The notes under the pieces are model-generated. The model saw only the letters and a list, made by a program, of their open reading frames with translations. It was not told the DNA's origin and ran no database searches. A DNA stretch of 63,310 nucleotides, counting the filler, from Octopus bimaculoides (taxonomy: Eukaryota): NCBI RefSeq assembly GCF_001194135.2. It is 8 parts of 7 records of this genome, joined end to end, with 100 filler letters (N's around TTAATTAATTAA, not from the genome) between each part and the next. Parts side by side here need not be neighbours in the genome. Positions count along the whole stretch, not along the records: positions 1 to 19,688 come from NC_068983.1; positions 19,789 to 30,801 come from NC_069005.1; 6 more parts are not named here. One strand, 5' to 3'. The position numbers were made by a program, and so were the translations under genes. Shown here piece by piece: positions 12,140-24,671 of this stretch (its first letter is position 1; each line of letters begins with the position of its first letter).

Positions 12140-12523
12140 AAGCTACCAGAATGACCCAAGATTTGTTGGTTGAGAATGACATTGAAAAGCTTCCATGACC
12201 AAGCCAGTCACCAGGTATGAACCCCTATTGAACACCTCTGGGACATAATGGACACGACTCTTCATAAAAAGAAAGCATCTTCAAAGCCAAATCTTTTGAG
12301 ATTACTGCATGAAACTTGGCAAGAAATTCTGCAAGAGAATATTCGTCATCTGATCTGAAACATACCTAATAGGGTCCTTGCATTCAAAAATGCAAAGGGC
12401 ACGTATACTAAATATTAAATATTCACATTATAACAATTAATAACAATTTTAATGTATAATTTTAGATTTAAAGAAATTTTAATGAGTATAAGTTTGTCTA
12501 TTTACTTCTGTCATATTTGTGTA
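12140..12523 (+). mobile_element. Tc1-family transposon 3' remnant
   Basis: LP*PSQSPGMNPIEHLWDIMD...HETWQEI...NIPNRVLAFKNAKGTYTKY* matches the Tc1 WPSQSPDLNPIE motif. Confidence 0.85.
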
Positions 12524-12550
12524 TGTGTGTGTGTGTGTGTGGGGGGGGGG

Positions 12551-12830
12551 AGACGCATAGCCTAGTCGTTAGGGCGATTGCGCTTACGATCCGCGAGACC
12601 GTGGTGTCAATTCCTGAACAGGATGGTGCCTTGTGTTCTTGAGCAAATCACCTAATCCCACGTTGCCCTGCGATCACCTCAACGCCTGATTTGTGGTACA
12701 CCGTGCACCTGTTGCAATGTCAGTTTGATAGAGGAGAAGCTGTGAGCTAATATACAACACAAACATTTGATCATTATAAGCAAATCATTTGTGCAGGTTG
12801 TTCAGCAAAAAATTGCAGAAACGTCTTTCG
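12551..12830 (+). mobile_element. tRNA-derived SINE family C
   Basis: GACGCATAGCCTAGTCGTTAGGG head, GGTGTCAATTCC B-box-like motif, GTGTTCTTGAGCAAATCAC core. Confidence 0.7.
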
Positions 12831-13434
12831 ATGTTGTTTATTCTTTTGGCAACGTTAGACGTGCAACTGCAACTAAATTCAACAGTAATTTTTTTCTGAA
12901 TATTTGGTGATATCTGTTTTAGCAAAGTCTGCTCAGATATTAAAACTGAAGAGACTGCAATTTATTATGGGGATTTGAGTTGCTTGCGCTGTTTTCTGTG
13001 TCTTGTATTTTGTCCTTAAAGCTGCTTGAAATCAGTGCTTCATTATAATATTGAGTCAGACATGCTGGATAGGGTAGACTTATGTTTTTATCTAAGTTCA
13101 TTATGGTGGGTTTTTGGAACATTTATTAATGTAAAGTAGTCTCTTGTCGGGTCTTCTCAATATTTAGTATTTTGTTGTTGACTAATTTTTGTTTAATATC
13201 AAGGAAATTTACTCCACCTACGCTTGTGTCCATTGGGATTTTTGAATAGATTTGGAGTGCCTAACTGCAGACCACTCCTTTGTTTTGACATCCTGAGATG
13301 ATCGTAATGCTACAGACCATATTTCACTTGAGTTTCGCATATAATATGTGTAATATGTGTTTGTACACGAAGGGTCGAAATGATCGTAGTGATTAATAAT
13401 CTCGTGAATTCCATTTTCTTTCTCTTTCTCTTCC

Positions 13435-13467
<33 letters not shown>

Positions 13468-13513
13468 GACACTCTCTTTCTCCCCTCTCTTTCTATCTAC
13501 ATATGTATATATA

Positions 13514-13552
<39 letters not shown>

Positions 13553-13641
13553 CGTGTATGCTTGTTTTGTGGTCGTATAGTTTGTAGGTGTAGTGACAGG
13601 GATAGGGATGGCTATCTCTATGTTTACGCGCGCGCGCACAT

Positions 13642-13676
<35 letters not shown>

Positions 13677-14885
13677 AAACACACACACACACAACAAGGT
13701 AACTACAAGGAGTGATTGATTGTTTGTTATTACTTGAAAACTATACTGAAAATACGACTGTGTTCCCGTTTGAAATTTTTTATTGTCGCTTTCTCGTATT
13801 TCGGATGTTGTTTTCTGGACAACTGCAGAACATGACATCTGGCTTGTAGAGATAAATATATGACAATGCAGTTTGTATTACAGCTATAAGTCTATCACCA
13901 AAGTTTTACTTCTTATTCAAGGAATTTTTATTTTTAGACTTAAAGGTTCTATGACCCCCACCCATCAACCCACCCATGAACAATAAATAAGTTTGAAAAT
14001 CTTTGCTCTAACAGACACGTACAGACATACTCAATGTGCGCGCAGACACACACACACAGACACATACACACAGACACACACACAAGCACATGCACACACA
14101 CACGCACACACAGACACACAGACACACATACAGAGTTACACACACAAACTAACGTACATTTCTAAATAAATAGCATTGACGGAGTGTCAGTCTATCTAGG
14201 TCTTGTGTGTCCTTGTATCTGGTCGTCTGTGAGCGTGACACTGACAATTCTAAAAGTACAGCAACATTTACATAGAGTCGTTCTAAAGAAATTTTATCAT
14301 ATACACTACTTTGCCTCATCTATTTGGAAGTAGAGAGTGGCTTACACAAGTTTAACTAGTTTTTATTCATGTGTCATAGTTCAAACGTGTATGCATACAC
14401 ACAAATCCCACATACGCTCACACGTTGACTAACCATTCTATCGCTGACTTCTTAAAGGGTCAACTTTATTCTCATTATCATTTGCCTTCTTTCACAATAT
14501 AACGATGGCCTTCCAGATTTTTCTTTATCATACACTGAACTAGCAATGAACGTCACATTTCGTTTTCTTTCTTCTCTATTTTTTTTTTATTCGCGAGAGG
14601 GCGTGTAATAGAAGGCAGTGTAAATAGATCTTTCTTTGGGCTATGCAATAATTTATATTTTCTCAAAGGCATTTAAGATACGCCCACTCTTATAACACAG
14701 TTGAATAATTACAATCCTAACCACATTTTAACTACTTCTGCACCTCATCTATTACAATGTTTTTCAGTCACCACGGAACTATGTCATTTTGCCAACTATA
14801 AAACCATTACACTTACTGCCCTCTTTACAAAGTCTCACCCGATGACTCTAACTACTACTCCTCACCATCAACATCGTCGTCATCA

Positions 14886-14930
<45 letters not shown>

Positions 14931-15239
14931 GCCGCAACCACTATCACCTTCTAGCACTACCCCTCCCACCAGTACCACCACAGTCCATATTGTATGAACC
15001 AAGCTTAATGTTAACAAAAAAAAAATCCAAACTATTAGAAAATGAATGGTGCAAATGTCAGCGAACTTTCCAGTATTGTGTGATTTGTGATCATTAAATG
15101 CTGTTTCCCCTCATTGATATATTTCAACAAATAAGAATTATACCCAGATTAATGATGTCTTTGGACATGGCTGAGCTGAAAGTCAGTTCTTTTTTGGGGG
15201 GTGGGGGTGGGGGTGGGCGGAAATAACAATTAAATTAAT

Positions 15240-15488
15240 ATATACATTATTTACAATTGACGGATATTTGTCCTCATCTTGTTTGTTGTTAGCACAACGT
15301 TTCGGCTGATATACCCTCCACAGCCTTCATCAGGTGTCTTGGGGGAAATTTCGAACCTGGGTTCTCATTCTTAAGTTATTTTTCGATGTTGTTATTATTA
15401 TTATTATTATTATTCAGGTCACTGCCTGGAATCGAACTTGGAATCTTGGGGTTAGTAGCCCGCGCTCTTAATCACTACGCCATATGCC
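15240..15488 (-). mobile_element. tRNA-headed SINE carrying a hammerhead-like motif
   Basis: Minus strand: A box TGGCGTAGTGATT, B box AGTTCGATTCC, (AAT)n spacer, then CACCTGATGAAGGCTG..CAGCCGAAACGTTGTG and an AT-rich tail. Confidence 0.75.
15291..15340 (-). ncRNA. Minimal type I hammerhead-like motif
   Basis: CAC-CUGAUGA-A-GGCUG(12 nt)CAGCC-GAA-ACGU-U-GUG: intact core, 5-bp stem II, palindromic 4-nt stem III, 3-bp stem I, one extra A after A9. Confidence 0.65.
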
Positions 15489-16262
15489 AGTGGGCTCTCT
15501 ACATCTACACAGGAAAGTTAGATACTCCAGAAAGTTAATGATATTCATTAATGGTGATATTGATGGTGATGATATTGATGAAATGAAGAGCAATGTTTTA
15601 GATTCAGAAAGTAGAATATCCTAACTAAGTACCGAAACATATTTTCTCCTTCCATCGCCGAATTATTGTTCATAATATTTAATTTTTTGATATGTCAGCA
15701 AGGAAGCCTCTATACGGTTTACTCGACCTACAAGAAATAGCAGCTAAATGCACCGTCTTACACAACAAAGGGCGTACATATATTAGATAATATAGTCTTA
15801 GATTTATGTCCTGGGTATGACTTTAAACCACGTCCGGTAGTAGGGCCCTGGCTCAAGAGTTCCGGGCTTTTGAGGAACATTGACTTACTTCTTAGGATCG
15901 CGGTTAAGACAGTGCTAGTCTTAGTTTGGTTCAAAGAAGCTTGGTTCAGCAGCAATTTTTATAAAAATGCTACTTAATAACATGTCATAGCTTATTTACG
16001 TCCCAGGTTATAGATTAGTAAGTCATAAATAAGACATTAATAATTTTTCTAGAAAGAGCCGAAACAGAATATTTTAAGTGGGAGGAAAACAGGATACAAC
16101 CGTGCTCATACAATTCTTCAGCAGCATTAACAACTTAGATAAAGTGAGTTAAAACTGTTAAAGAATCCGAGCGAATTCCTACCACAAAGTTCGATTAAGT
16201 TATAAAGGTAGCATCTAAATAATATATGGTTGTAGTCATTTTCGTGATTGCGTGCCGGCATA

Positions 16263-16314
<52 letters not shown>

Positions 16315-16599
16315 TTGATAGAGCTGTATCAATTAATATATCTTTTCCTGACCGAAGACAGTAGTGTATGATTTGAGAAGAGTTTGGTTGCGATCAAATA
16401 AAAAAAAAAAAATCCTCGTTGGATTGGGTGACATTATTGGTGGGGAATTGTGCAGAATATAAGTTGTGTGGTTTGTTGGTGGTGTATAATGTATATTATA
16501 GTATCGGGTATCAATTATATAGGAGAGCGTGTTATATTGATTTATTGGGTGGTTATAAAGTAGAAGTGTTTTCTGTGTTTTCTGTTATTCTTTTTTTTA

Positions 16600-16790
16600 C
16601 TCTCGGCACAAGGCCCGAAATTTTTTGGGTGGGAGGGCCAGTCGATTAGATCGACACCAGTACGCAACTGGTACTTAATTTATTGACCCCGAAAGGATGA
16701 AAGGCAAAGTCGACCTCGGCGGAACATAGACGAAATATCGGTAAGCTTTTTGCCCGAAGTGCTAACGTTTCTGCCAGCTCGCCGCCTTTG
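16600..16790 (-). mobile_element. SINE family B
   Basis: Reverse complement blocks GACCCCGAAAGGATGAAAGGCAAAGTCGACCTCGGCGG and GCCAGCTCGCCGCC. Confidence 0.9.
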
Positions 16791-17384
16791 TGTGTTTTCT
16801 GTTATATTAGAAGGCTGTGATCATGTAGAGAATGGTTTGTGTGAGCTGTGCAGACTTTGTACTTTGTGAGTAGAGCTACTGAATTGAAAGGACTTACGCA
16901 ATATGCGGAAAATGCTTAGAATGCTTTACTTTTGGACAGTATGTAGCTTTCAGCGCTGCAATAATTTTACGTATTTTTCTATGTTCTTTATCATAATTAG
17001 TGTTCTAATTATTATTGCAACTTTAATTACTTTCATACTCCGATCTTACATATTAACATTTTAAGTACATTTCCTTGTACATTTAACGTTTTCCGGAATT
17101 ATACTGAGTGATGTTCTACTCAGAAGAGATCGATATCATTTTCGTTATACACATTGATAAATGATATTAGAACGGTTTGCCTCGATCTCTTTTGTCAGTT
17201 TGGACTTAAATGACCCAGACGTTTATGGTCAGATTGTTCCAACGCACAGTGTCTAATGCATTCTTATAACATTCTGTATTAGTTTGTATTTAGTTTGAAA
17301 GATTCTTGATGTGAATTGAACCTGCGCATGTGTTATTATTATTTGGCGTAATGACTCTTCAAATGACTCATTTGCGTGTTGTTT

Positions 17385-17620
17385 TATTCTTAGACACTAA
17401 GTTCAGTTTTTAATATTCGTCTGACTCGTCTGTGCAATGCCTGTTTAATTTTCTCCTTCAGTTGTGTACTGTCTTATCAGCTTCATCTTCTCCTATGTAT
17501 TTATATGGGTAGTTCTGTTCTAATTGTCTGATTTCGGTGTCTGGATCTAATTTGGTGTTTTCCGTTTTATTTGCCTCTTCTTATATCTTCGGAATCTGTC
17601 TCAATTTTATATCCTGGCTG
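17385..17620 (-). mobile_element. R4/Dong-type LINE reverse transcriptase fragment
   Basis: Minus-strand PYKYIGEDE../LKEKIKQALHRRVRRILKTELS matches the YxYLG..KEKI..EY.RRVR.IL region seen in the 54-55 kb copy. Confidence 0.6.
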
Positions 17621-17689
17621 AATTCTTGAAAAAGTTTTAGTAGGTTCTCAGCTCGGTATTATTCTTTTCAAATAATTTAAAGTAATCTA

Positions 17690-18771
17690 AATAGAAAAAG
17701 TGATGTCATCCACTGTCAACGAGAATCTGCAGTGTCGCAAGTTTTCCACAACTATGAATTCGACATCTTCGGCCATTTCACAAATGCGGCAAGATACAGT
17801 GTTGTTTGAAAGTGGAATGCGTGCTAAAACTGAGGCAGCGTTTGGCATATTAGCAACTTTATATGCTTCAAGAATGGAGGGCCTAATCAGATCTTCGCCA
17901 ATGGTATGTGGGCGACCCTGTTTTGCTATCATGAGCGAAATGTTATAGGACGCCTGCAGACCAGGACGGTTGTTAGTATGGACGAGGAAATTTTTGAGCG
18001 ATGAAGATGGGACATTTTTTTTTTTTGCGATGGTATTCTTCGAAGTACTCCTTTGGCTTGCGAAATAAACCAGGATGGATTTTTTGTAGATGATACAACA
18101 ATTTCGAGAGGGTTCCATTGAGTCGTTAGTTAATACTTTTGAGATAATACACTGTGGTAAAAAAGGATCTTCTACACTGGATACAAAACCATATTTGATA
18201 TAATCTTCGTGATATTGTCTACAGAATCTTTTTTCCGAGTCGGTGGACGGAGAATTAAGGGAACGTTTTTCCATATCACTGACAGCAAAATTTCTACAGA
18301 TTACAATTAGACTAACACTTGCGTAAAAATGTACGTACCTGGAAAGCTAACACGATATGTTGAGTAAGCTGTAAGAACTGCGGTTTCGTTAGTAATCCTG
18401 AATTCAAAAGTCAGGTAGAAAACACGATTGCGTTGACCGGCCGAGAACACAAATTTTGTTTTAATGCGCGCAAACGTGGACCCGATTGTACGCGTCTGTA
18501 GCTGTCTGGCACGCGTCCGTGTATGATTGGATAGCTAATCGTCCAATAGGCAATGAGTGCACTCGTATGTGCTCACGCATTTGCGATGAGGCATATTTCG
18601 TTTGCGCGACATGTGCGTGTACGGAAAAATGTTAATTCTTCAGGTGAACCACAGAAAATTTTCCACGGACCATCTGAATTTTCCTGTGGATCACCTGGAT
18701 TTTCCTGTGGACCACCTGGATTTTCCTGTGGACCACCTAGTGGTGCACATGGACCAGGTTGGGAACCCCTG
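17690..18771 (-). mobile_element. hAT transposon, Buster/Charlie (ZBED5-like) group, 5' half with TIR
   Basis: RQYHEDYIKYGF, LPQC, SYNISLMIAKQGRPHTIGEDLI, IPLSNNTV..RICEMAEDVE motifs; TIR CAGGGGTTCCCAACC starts at 18771; adjacent 8-mer ACATAGAC is TA-centred; no 3' TIR seen. Confidence 0.92.
18675..18740. repeat. Three 21-bp subterminal tandem repeats of the hAT element
   Basis: ATTTTCCTGTGGACCACCTGG unit repeated three times without spacers. Confidence 0.9.
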
Positions 18772-19732
18772 ACATAGACCCACATTGCTGCCGATTCTAC
18801 AACCACAACAACAACAACGGCGGCATCGGAAACAACAGGAGTAATAGCTGAAGGCGCTTACATAAATGACGAGATATCGGAGAGGAGTAGCGACGAGTAG
18901 AGCAGCTGAATGAGTCCCTCTCTAAAAGGAAAAGCAAAAAACAGCCTTACAAGTATATATTTGCATACATGCATCAACCAGCCTTTCCCAATTTCCTCTG
19001 AATTCTCGTTAAGTAAGAGAGGGAGACCATATGATTGTAAATCGTGATCGTGACCGTCGTCCTAGAAAAATAGTAAAGCCGATTGGACTCCAAAAGGTAT
19101 GCAAACCAGCCCTCTCACAGCAACACCAACATAAAACAACAACCTAACCCATAACTATCATAACAAAAACACTTACCAGAGCATAAAGAATACAAGAATA
19201 AGCTCTGACACAACAACAGCCACAGCAAGAAAAACAACAACGCCCATAAATACTTGTCAAATTCACCGGTGGCTTGTGAAATAGTATACTACAAAGAAAT
19301 AGAAATAAGAGGAAGACCAACGACCAATAGCTCTCAAAGGCGACAGCCGACAGACGTCTGGTGAAGACCACAGCAGAAGTCTTCAAACCTCCGAGTCTGC
19401 TCAGACAGTTTCAACTGTCTAACTGGTACCGATTGCGTCTCTCGAAAGAGCCAATATGGAATTAGAAAATTACATCACGCCTTCAAGATCATATCTAGTT
19501 TTGTTGTGTTTTGTTGTTTACTTTATTTTGGGTGTGTTGCATTTATCTTCGTAGTTTACGTTCTAAGTCTTTTTTTAATATTAATGGTACTTTATTGTCA
19601 ATTTTTTTTTTTGCTTTCTGCATGAATTCCTTTCCTTTATGTGTTCTGTTTCGATTTTTGATATTTTGAGGGGCTTTAGTATATATATNNNNNNNNNNNN
19701 NNNNNNNNNNNNNNNNNNNNNNNNNNNNNNNN

Positions 19733-19744
19733 TTAATTAATTAA
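19733..19744. other. Assembly linker TTAATTAATTAA inside N-gaps (also at 30846, 32968, 34714, 56538, 58317, 60716)
   Basis: Identical 12-mer with stops in all six frames, always flanked by Ns. Confidence 0.95.
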
Positions 19745-19789
19745 NNNNNNNNNNNNNNNNNNNNNNNNNNNNNNNNNNNNNNNNNNNNA

Positions 19790-20500
19790 CACATAAAAGC
19801 ACCCACTACACTCTCTGAGTGGTTGGCGTTAGGAAGGGCATTCAGCTGTAGAAACTCTGCCAAATCAGACTGGAGCCTGGTGTTGCCATCCGGTTTCACC
19901 AGTCCTCAGTCAAATCGTCCAACCCATGCTAGCATGGAAGGCGGACGTTAAACGATGATGATGATGATGATGATGTATGCAGTCATTTAACGTCCGCTGT
20001 CCATGCTGGCATGAGTCGGAGGAGTTGACCAGAGCTGGCAAGTAGGAGAGCTGCACCAAACTCCAGTCTGTTTTGGCATCGTTTCTATGGCTGGATGCCA
20101 TTCCTAATGTCAACCACTTTACAGAGTGTGTGGGTGCTTTTACGTGGCACTGCATGGGCACTTGCACACGGCACTGGCACAAGTGCTTTTCACATGGCAC
20201 CAGTACAGGACTCTTGCAGGGTATGTATGTATATTTGTGTGTGTGTGTGTGTGTGTATCATCATTGTTTAACGTCTGCTTTCCATGCTAGCTTGGGTTGG
20301 ACGATTTGACTGAGGACTGGCGAACCAGATGGCTACATCAGGCTCCAACTTGATCTGGCAATGTTTCTACAGCTGGATGCCCTTCCTAACGCCAACCACT
20401 CTGAGAGTATAGTAGGTGGTTTTATGTGCCACCAGCACAGGAGCCAGTCCAGCGGCACTAGCAACAACCTTGTTCGAATGTTTTTTCACGTGCCACCAGC
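19790..20500. mobile_element. Cluster of RTE-tail-type SINE/LINE 3' ends with (GAT)n tails: one plus copy (19790-19975) and nested minus copies (19976-20500)
   Basis: GTCCTCAGTCAAATCGTCCAACCCATGCTAGCATGGAAGGCGGACGTTAAACGATGATG on plus and its reverse complement at about 20260-20320; same tail at 27671-27762. Confidence 0.8.
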
Positions 20501-22754
20501 ACAAGTATCAGGGGGAGGATTCACAAAAAAAAACAAAAGACAAAGACAGGTGTATTAGTATAACAAACAGATGTATTAGTATAACGCTCAGAAAGTGAAA
20601 AAGTCTTTAATGTTTCGAGCCTACACTCTCCCACAAAAAGGAATGCAGAAAGAAACAAGGAGAGAAAAAAAGAATGTGTAGTGGCTAGCGATCTATCATT
20701 ATATATATATATATATATATATACATACACACACATATATACTAAATTCATAATTATATAATAATTATATTAACAGGACCTGGAAAAAAAAATCCCTCCA
20801 GCATGCTAAAAATAGATACCAATTAGCATTAAAAACCACCTTGTTTCTCCCTTTAAGCACAGGTTGTAAACAGGCAAATGAAAAATAATAAATACAACTT
20901 TCCAGTTAGTTGTGTATCAAACTTGATTTCAGGTTAAATGTAATAAAATACATATTACCCTCCTCAGCACAACATTCTGATATATATAATTACAAATATT
21001 TATACATACCCATATGAGACACCAAAGCCACATGACCATATACGTACATTTGCATGTATATACCAGAGTATATATTTTTAGCGTGTTGGAGACGGTTTTT
21101 TTTCCCGATCTCTTTAATATAATTATGTATATAATTATAAATTTAGTATATAAAATTACCTATTTAGTATATAACTTATATACTAAATACTTATTTAGTA
21201 TATAAAATTACCTTATATAATTAAGGATTTTATCCTTAATTATATGAAGTATATATATATAAATATATATATTAGAGGAAAAAGGACGACAAAACCAAGG
21301 CAGGATGAATATCTCAAGTCATTTAGAATATTTAATTAGAGTAAGGTGAATTTGAAGTAATTAATTAATTAATTAATTGTCTCCAATTAATCCTACCTTT
21401 TTAAATCACTTTTCATTCCTTCCAGTCTTAACCAGCCTCTTCATCTTCTTTTGTAGAGCCAAATTTCGTTTTGGACCCATCAAGTGAATCTGGACCAGGG
21501 ATGAAGAATAAACTCGTTTATCATCTGAAGTTGCTAATTATATGCTGGATCAAGGATTAACAATTGTCTATTCTGGGTTGATTCTATATTTCTAGTCTTA
21601 CGGGCAAATTGAGCTGACATTTACTTGTGCCTTCTCTGTGGTAAATGCTGTAGCAAAGAGTTTGTGTACAACATCAATGTTGGCAGGGTTTAACAAATTG
21701 TTAATTCATATATTCTTTCAGGCACATTGGTGGAAGAAAAAACCTCCTTCTTGCAAGACATTTGGCGACCAAAAAGAAAAAAAAAGGCAGTAGTGGAATT
21801 CATCAAACCACATTCTTGCTGGTGCATTGGAGATATTCATGCCACCTCTGCAGTAGAAAAACATTCTTTATCTTGACATCTTCTATTAACTTGTTAAATC
21901 AAGCTGGTCTCAAAATGCTGTCACCAGAATAAATATATTTATGAAAGTTCATCTTAACTACATGCTGAATATATTGCAAATTTATAAGTAGATTTTCTTT
22001 GTAATTCTTTTGATATATTTGGAATTCTTTCAATTTCTTAGATCATTTTTGGAAACTCATGTCAAAAACTTTCGAGTAAAAATTGTCTTAAGTTACTCCC
22101 TACTCTTTTTACCTTTCCAACCCTATCATATTAGTGTTCTCTTTTGCCAAACCACTAGGTTATGGGGATGTAAACATACCAACACCAGTTGTCAAGTGGT
22201 GGGGGGGAGACAAACACACAAATATACACACATATCTACTACATATGTGGAAAATTGGTATGTGTTTGTTTGTGGCGTTGTTAGCTAACTCCTCCTACAT
22301 CATTTTATTGAATTTGATGAAACTTGACACGTGAGTAGAACTCATGTATGGTAACATCGTGACATACTTAGATTGTTGAAAAAAATCGATAATATGGCCC
22401 CTGGAAGGGACCTTTATATTTACCTCATATAACTAATTTTTTTTTTAAACACCCAACAGGAATAACCGATAGCACCTGTACATTTTTTTTTAAACACTCA
22501 AGGGAAATAACCCATTTTATTGTTTATGTTCGATTACTTTGAGTATTGATTTTTTGCGTGTCCTATTTCTAATTTTTGCAGACAATATCACTTTTATACT
22601 TTATTTGACAAGAGTAGAACTCATGTCTGGAAACCTCGTGACATACCTAGATTGTTGAAAAAAAATCGATAATAGGGCCCTTCCAATGGACCATTCTATC
22701 TAGTACATATTACTAAAAATTTATTTAAACAACCCAAAGGAAATAACCCATACC

Positions 22755-24260
22755 ACCTGCATCTGTAGAAAGTTGGCTGCCCTGCTCCTATCAGAGCAAA
22801 GACAGCCACCAGCCTGAAGACACCCCTGTCATTACTGTTCACATCCAGGACCACCAATTTACCTTTTGGGTCCATGAAGACAGTCTTTATCTCAAGATCA
22901 AGACCCCTTCAGAGCAACACCACAGTTCCACCACCCATTCCCCGGTTGATATGGAGATAAATGGATCTTGCATCCACTCAAAATGGGCATGAACACTTGT
23001 CAGTTGGAGAGTCTGGTTTCACTGATGGCCACCACATCGACATTTAGTGACCTGAGGTCGTTGAGTAGATGACCCTGTTTCCAAGGTGACCCCAGGCCAT
23101 GTGGATTTATACTGCCTGTCATAAGCAGGGCAATGTAGGATCAAGGTATAGAAGCAGAAAAGGCTATTTACTGTGATTTTGTTGGTGAGGTGGGGATAAT
23201 TATTCCATCCCATGGTTATTTGTGGATGTTTTCACAAGCAGTTCATTGCAGTCTTTTGTTTACATCTTTTCTGAAGGCCCCAGGATATCTTGTTTTCATT
23301 TTGTTGTACATGTTTTGCGAGTTTTATGTGTGGCAGTGTATTGTTTGATGGTGTGATGAAACCCTAACCCTAACCCTAACCCTGATGTCTGTATGGTTGT
23401 ATATGTGTGCTATTAATTCTTTATTGTTGGCGTTATCACTGTGTAGTTGATGATTGAGTGTTGTTGGTGTTGGGACATATGCTGGTTGTGAATCGTGTGA
23501 GTGATCTGAGTTGTGAACTGTGCTTGTGGTGGTAGCGGTGGTGATCGAGCTGATGGTGATGCTGTTGTTGTTGTTGACGGTGCTGGTGTGGCTGCTAACG
23601 AGGGAAAGGTGTTTGTGTGTTTGTTTTGTCATGTATCTCCTCAGTCATCACACCTGCCAGATTTTTGTGTTTTAGTTGGCGTATTTTTGTTGCTTTTTCT
23701 TTTTGGCCCGGCGACTTGGTACCATTTAGGTTCTTCTTCCTCCCACCGCTGCACAGGACATGTCTGAGTGTTCAGGAGAAGGAAGAGGCAAATCTTGTGG
23801 GGCTTTTTGGTTGTGCTTTGTTAGTAAGGTGGTTGTTGTTGTTTCGTGGGATACTGATGCTGTAGTTTTTGTTGCTGTCTGGTCTGGAAGCAATAGATGT
23901 TGAGTCATTTATTTTGTTTGCAGTTGTTGTCATTGTTCTTGTTGCTATTGCTGTCAGTGCTACTGTAATTAATGTTGCTACTACTGCTGCTGTTGTTTTC
24001 GCAGTTCCATTGACCACCTACCACTGCCAATACTGTTGTTGTTGCTGTTGTTTTGTTGGAGGTGTCTGCAGCAGTGCAGTTTTTTCTTAAAACTTAAAAT
24101 TCGCCCTTAAAGAGGAAATTTTTTGCCACCCCAGCTAGCTCTGCTTGTGGCGAGCTGGGTTACCAAGATAACAATAAAATTTGCAAAAACAAACGGTAAA
24201 ACAACAAATTTGAAGAAAAATTAACATACTTCCGAACATGCAGCCAACAGCTCCAGACAC
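22755..24260 (-). mobile_element. Tx1/L1-clade LINE 5' portion: degenerate ORF1 region plus AP-endonuclease fragment
   Basis: Minus 23125-22755: INPHGLGSPWKQGHLLNDLRSLNVDVVAISETRL, GGGTVVLL, MDPKGKLVVLDV, FRLVAVFA match L1/Tx1 endonuclease motifs. The 5' boundary is inferred. Confidence 0.8.
23360..23383. repeat. (AACCCT)4 = (TTAGGG)4 interstitial telomere-type repeat
   Basis: Four perfect units read directly. Confidence 0.9.
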
Positions 24261-24309
24261 AAATAATAATAATAATAACAACAACAATAATAAAAATAAT
24301 CTTTTCTAT

Positions 24310-24670
24310 ACCAACAATTCTCTAAAAGAAACAGAATTCTCAAAATACAAAAGATCTGAAAATAGAAGTAACTTGAATTTGGAGCCTAAAAACAGAAACA
24401 ATTCCTATAATAATAGGTACATTAGGTATGATAACAACACATTCAGACAAATACAAAACCAAAATACTAGGATTTACAAATGTATATATAACATACAGAA
24501 AATTGCACTACTAGGCACTGTGCACATCCTATGTAAAACACTTTCAATACAACGAAAATAAGAGCACTACAACACAGCCAGGGCACACAAAGCTGCGCTC
24601 GGTAGTGCAGCGAAAGCACATGATAAAAATAACACTACTGAATAATAATAATAAATAATAATAATAATAA
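24310..24670 (+). mobile_element. R4/Dong-type LINE 3' end, copy 1, with (AAT)n tail
   Basis: DLKIEVT*IWSLKTETIPIIIGTLG...IYNIQKIALLGTVHILCKTLSIQ plus 3'UTR; begins after an (AAT/AAC)n run. Confidence 0.9.
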
Positions 24671-24671
24671 T

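Noticed and set aside
15196-15217. G4-capable run (G6TG5TG5TG3)
   Set aside because: Simple repeat with no functional context.
18675-18740. Regular 21-bp repeats as a CRISPR array
   Set aside because: No unique spacers; they lie inside a hAT subterminal region in eukaryotic DNA.
19360-19405. CAGAC..CTGGTGAAGAC..GTCTTCAAAC..GTCTG hammerhead-like fold
   Set aside because: Several core positions are wrong; at best a dead relic.
19733-19744. Recurrent TTAATTAATTAA as a biological motif
   Set aside because: Always embedded in Ns at contig joins; an assembly linker.
21420-21980. Coding-like minus-strand sequence
   Set aside because: Multiple stops and no motif I can assign; probably an old transposon relic.
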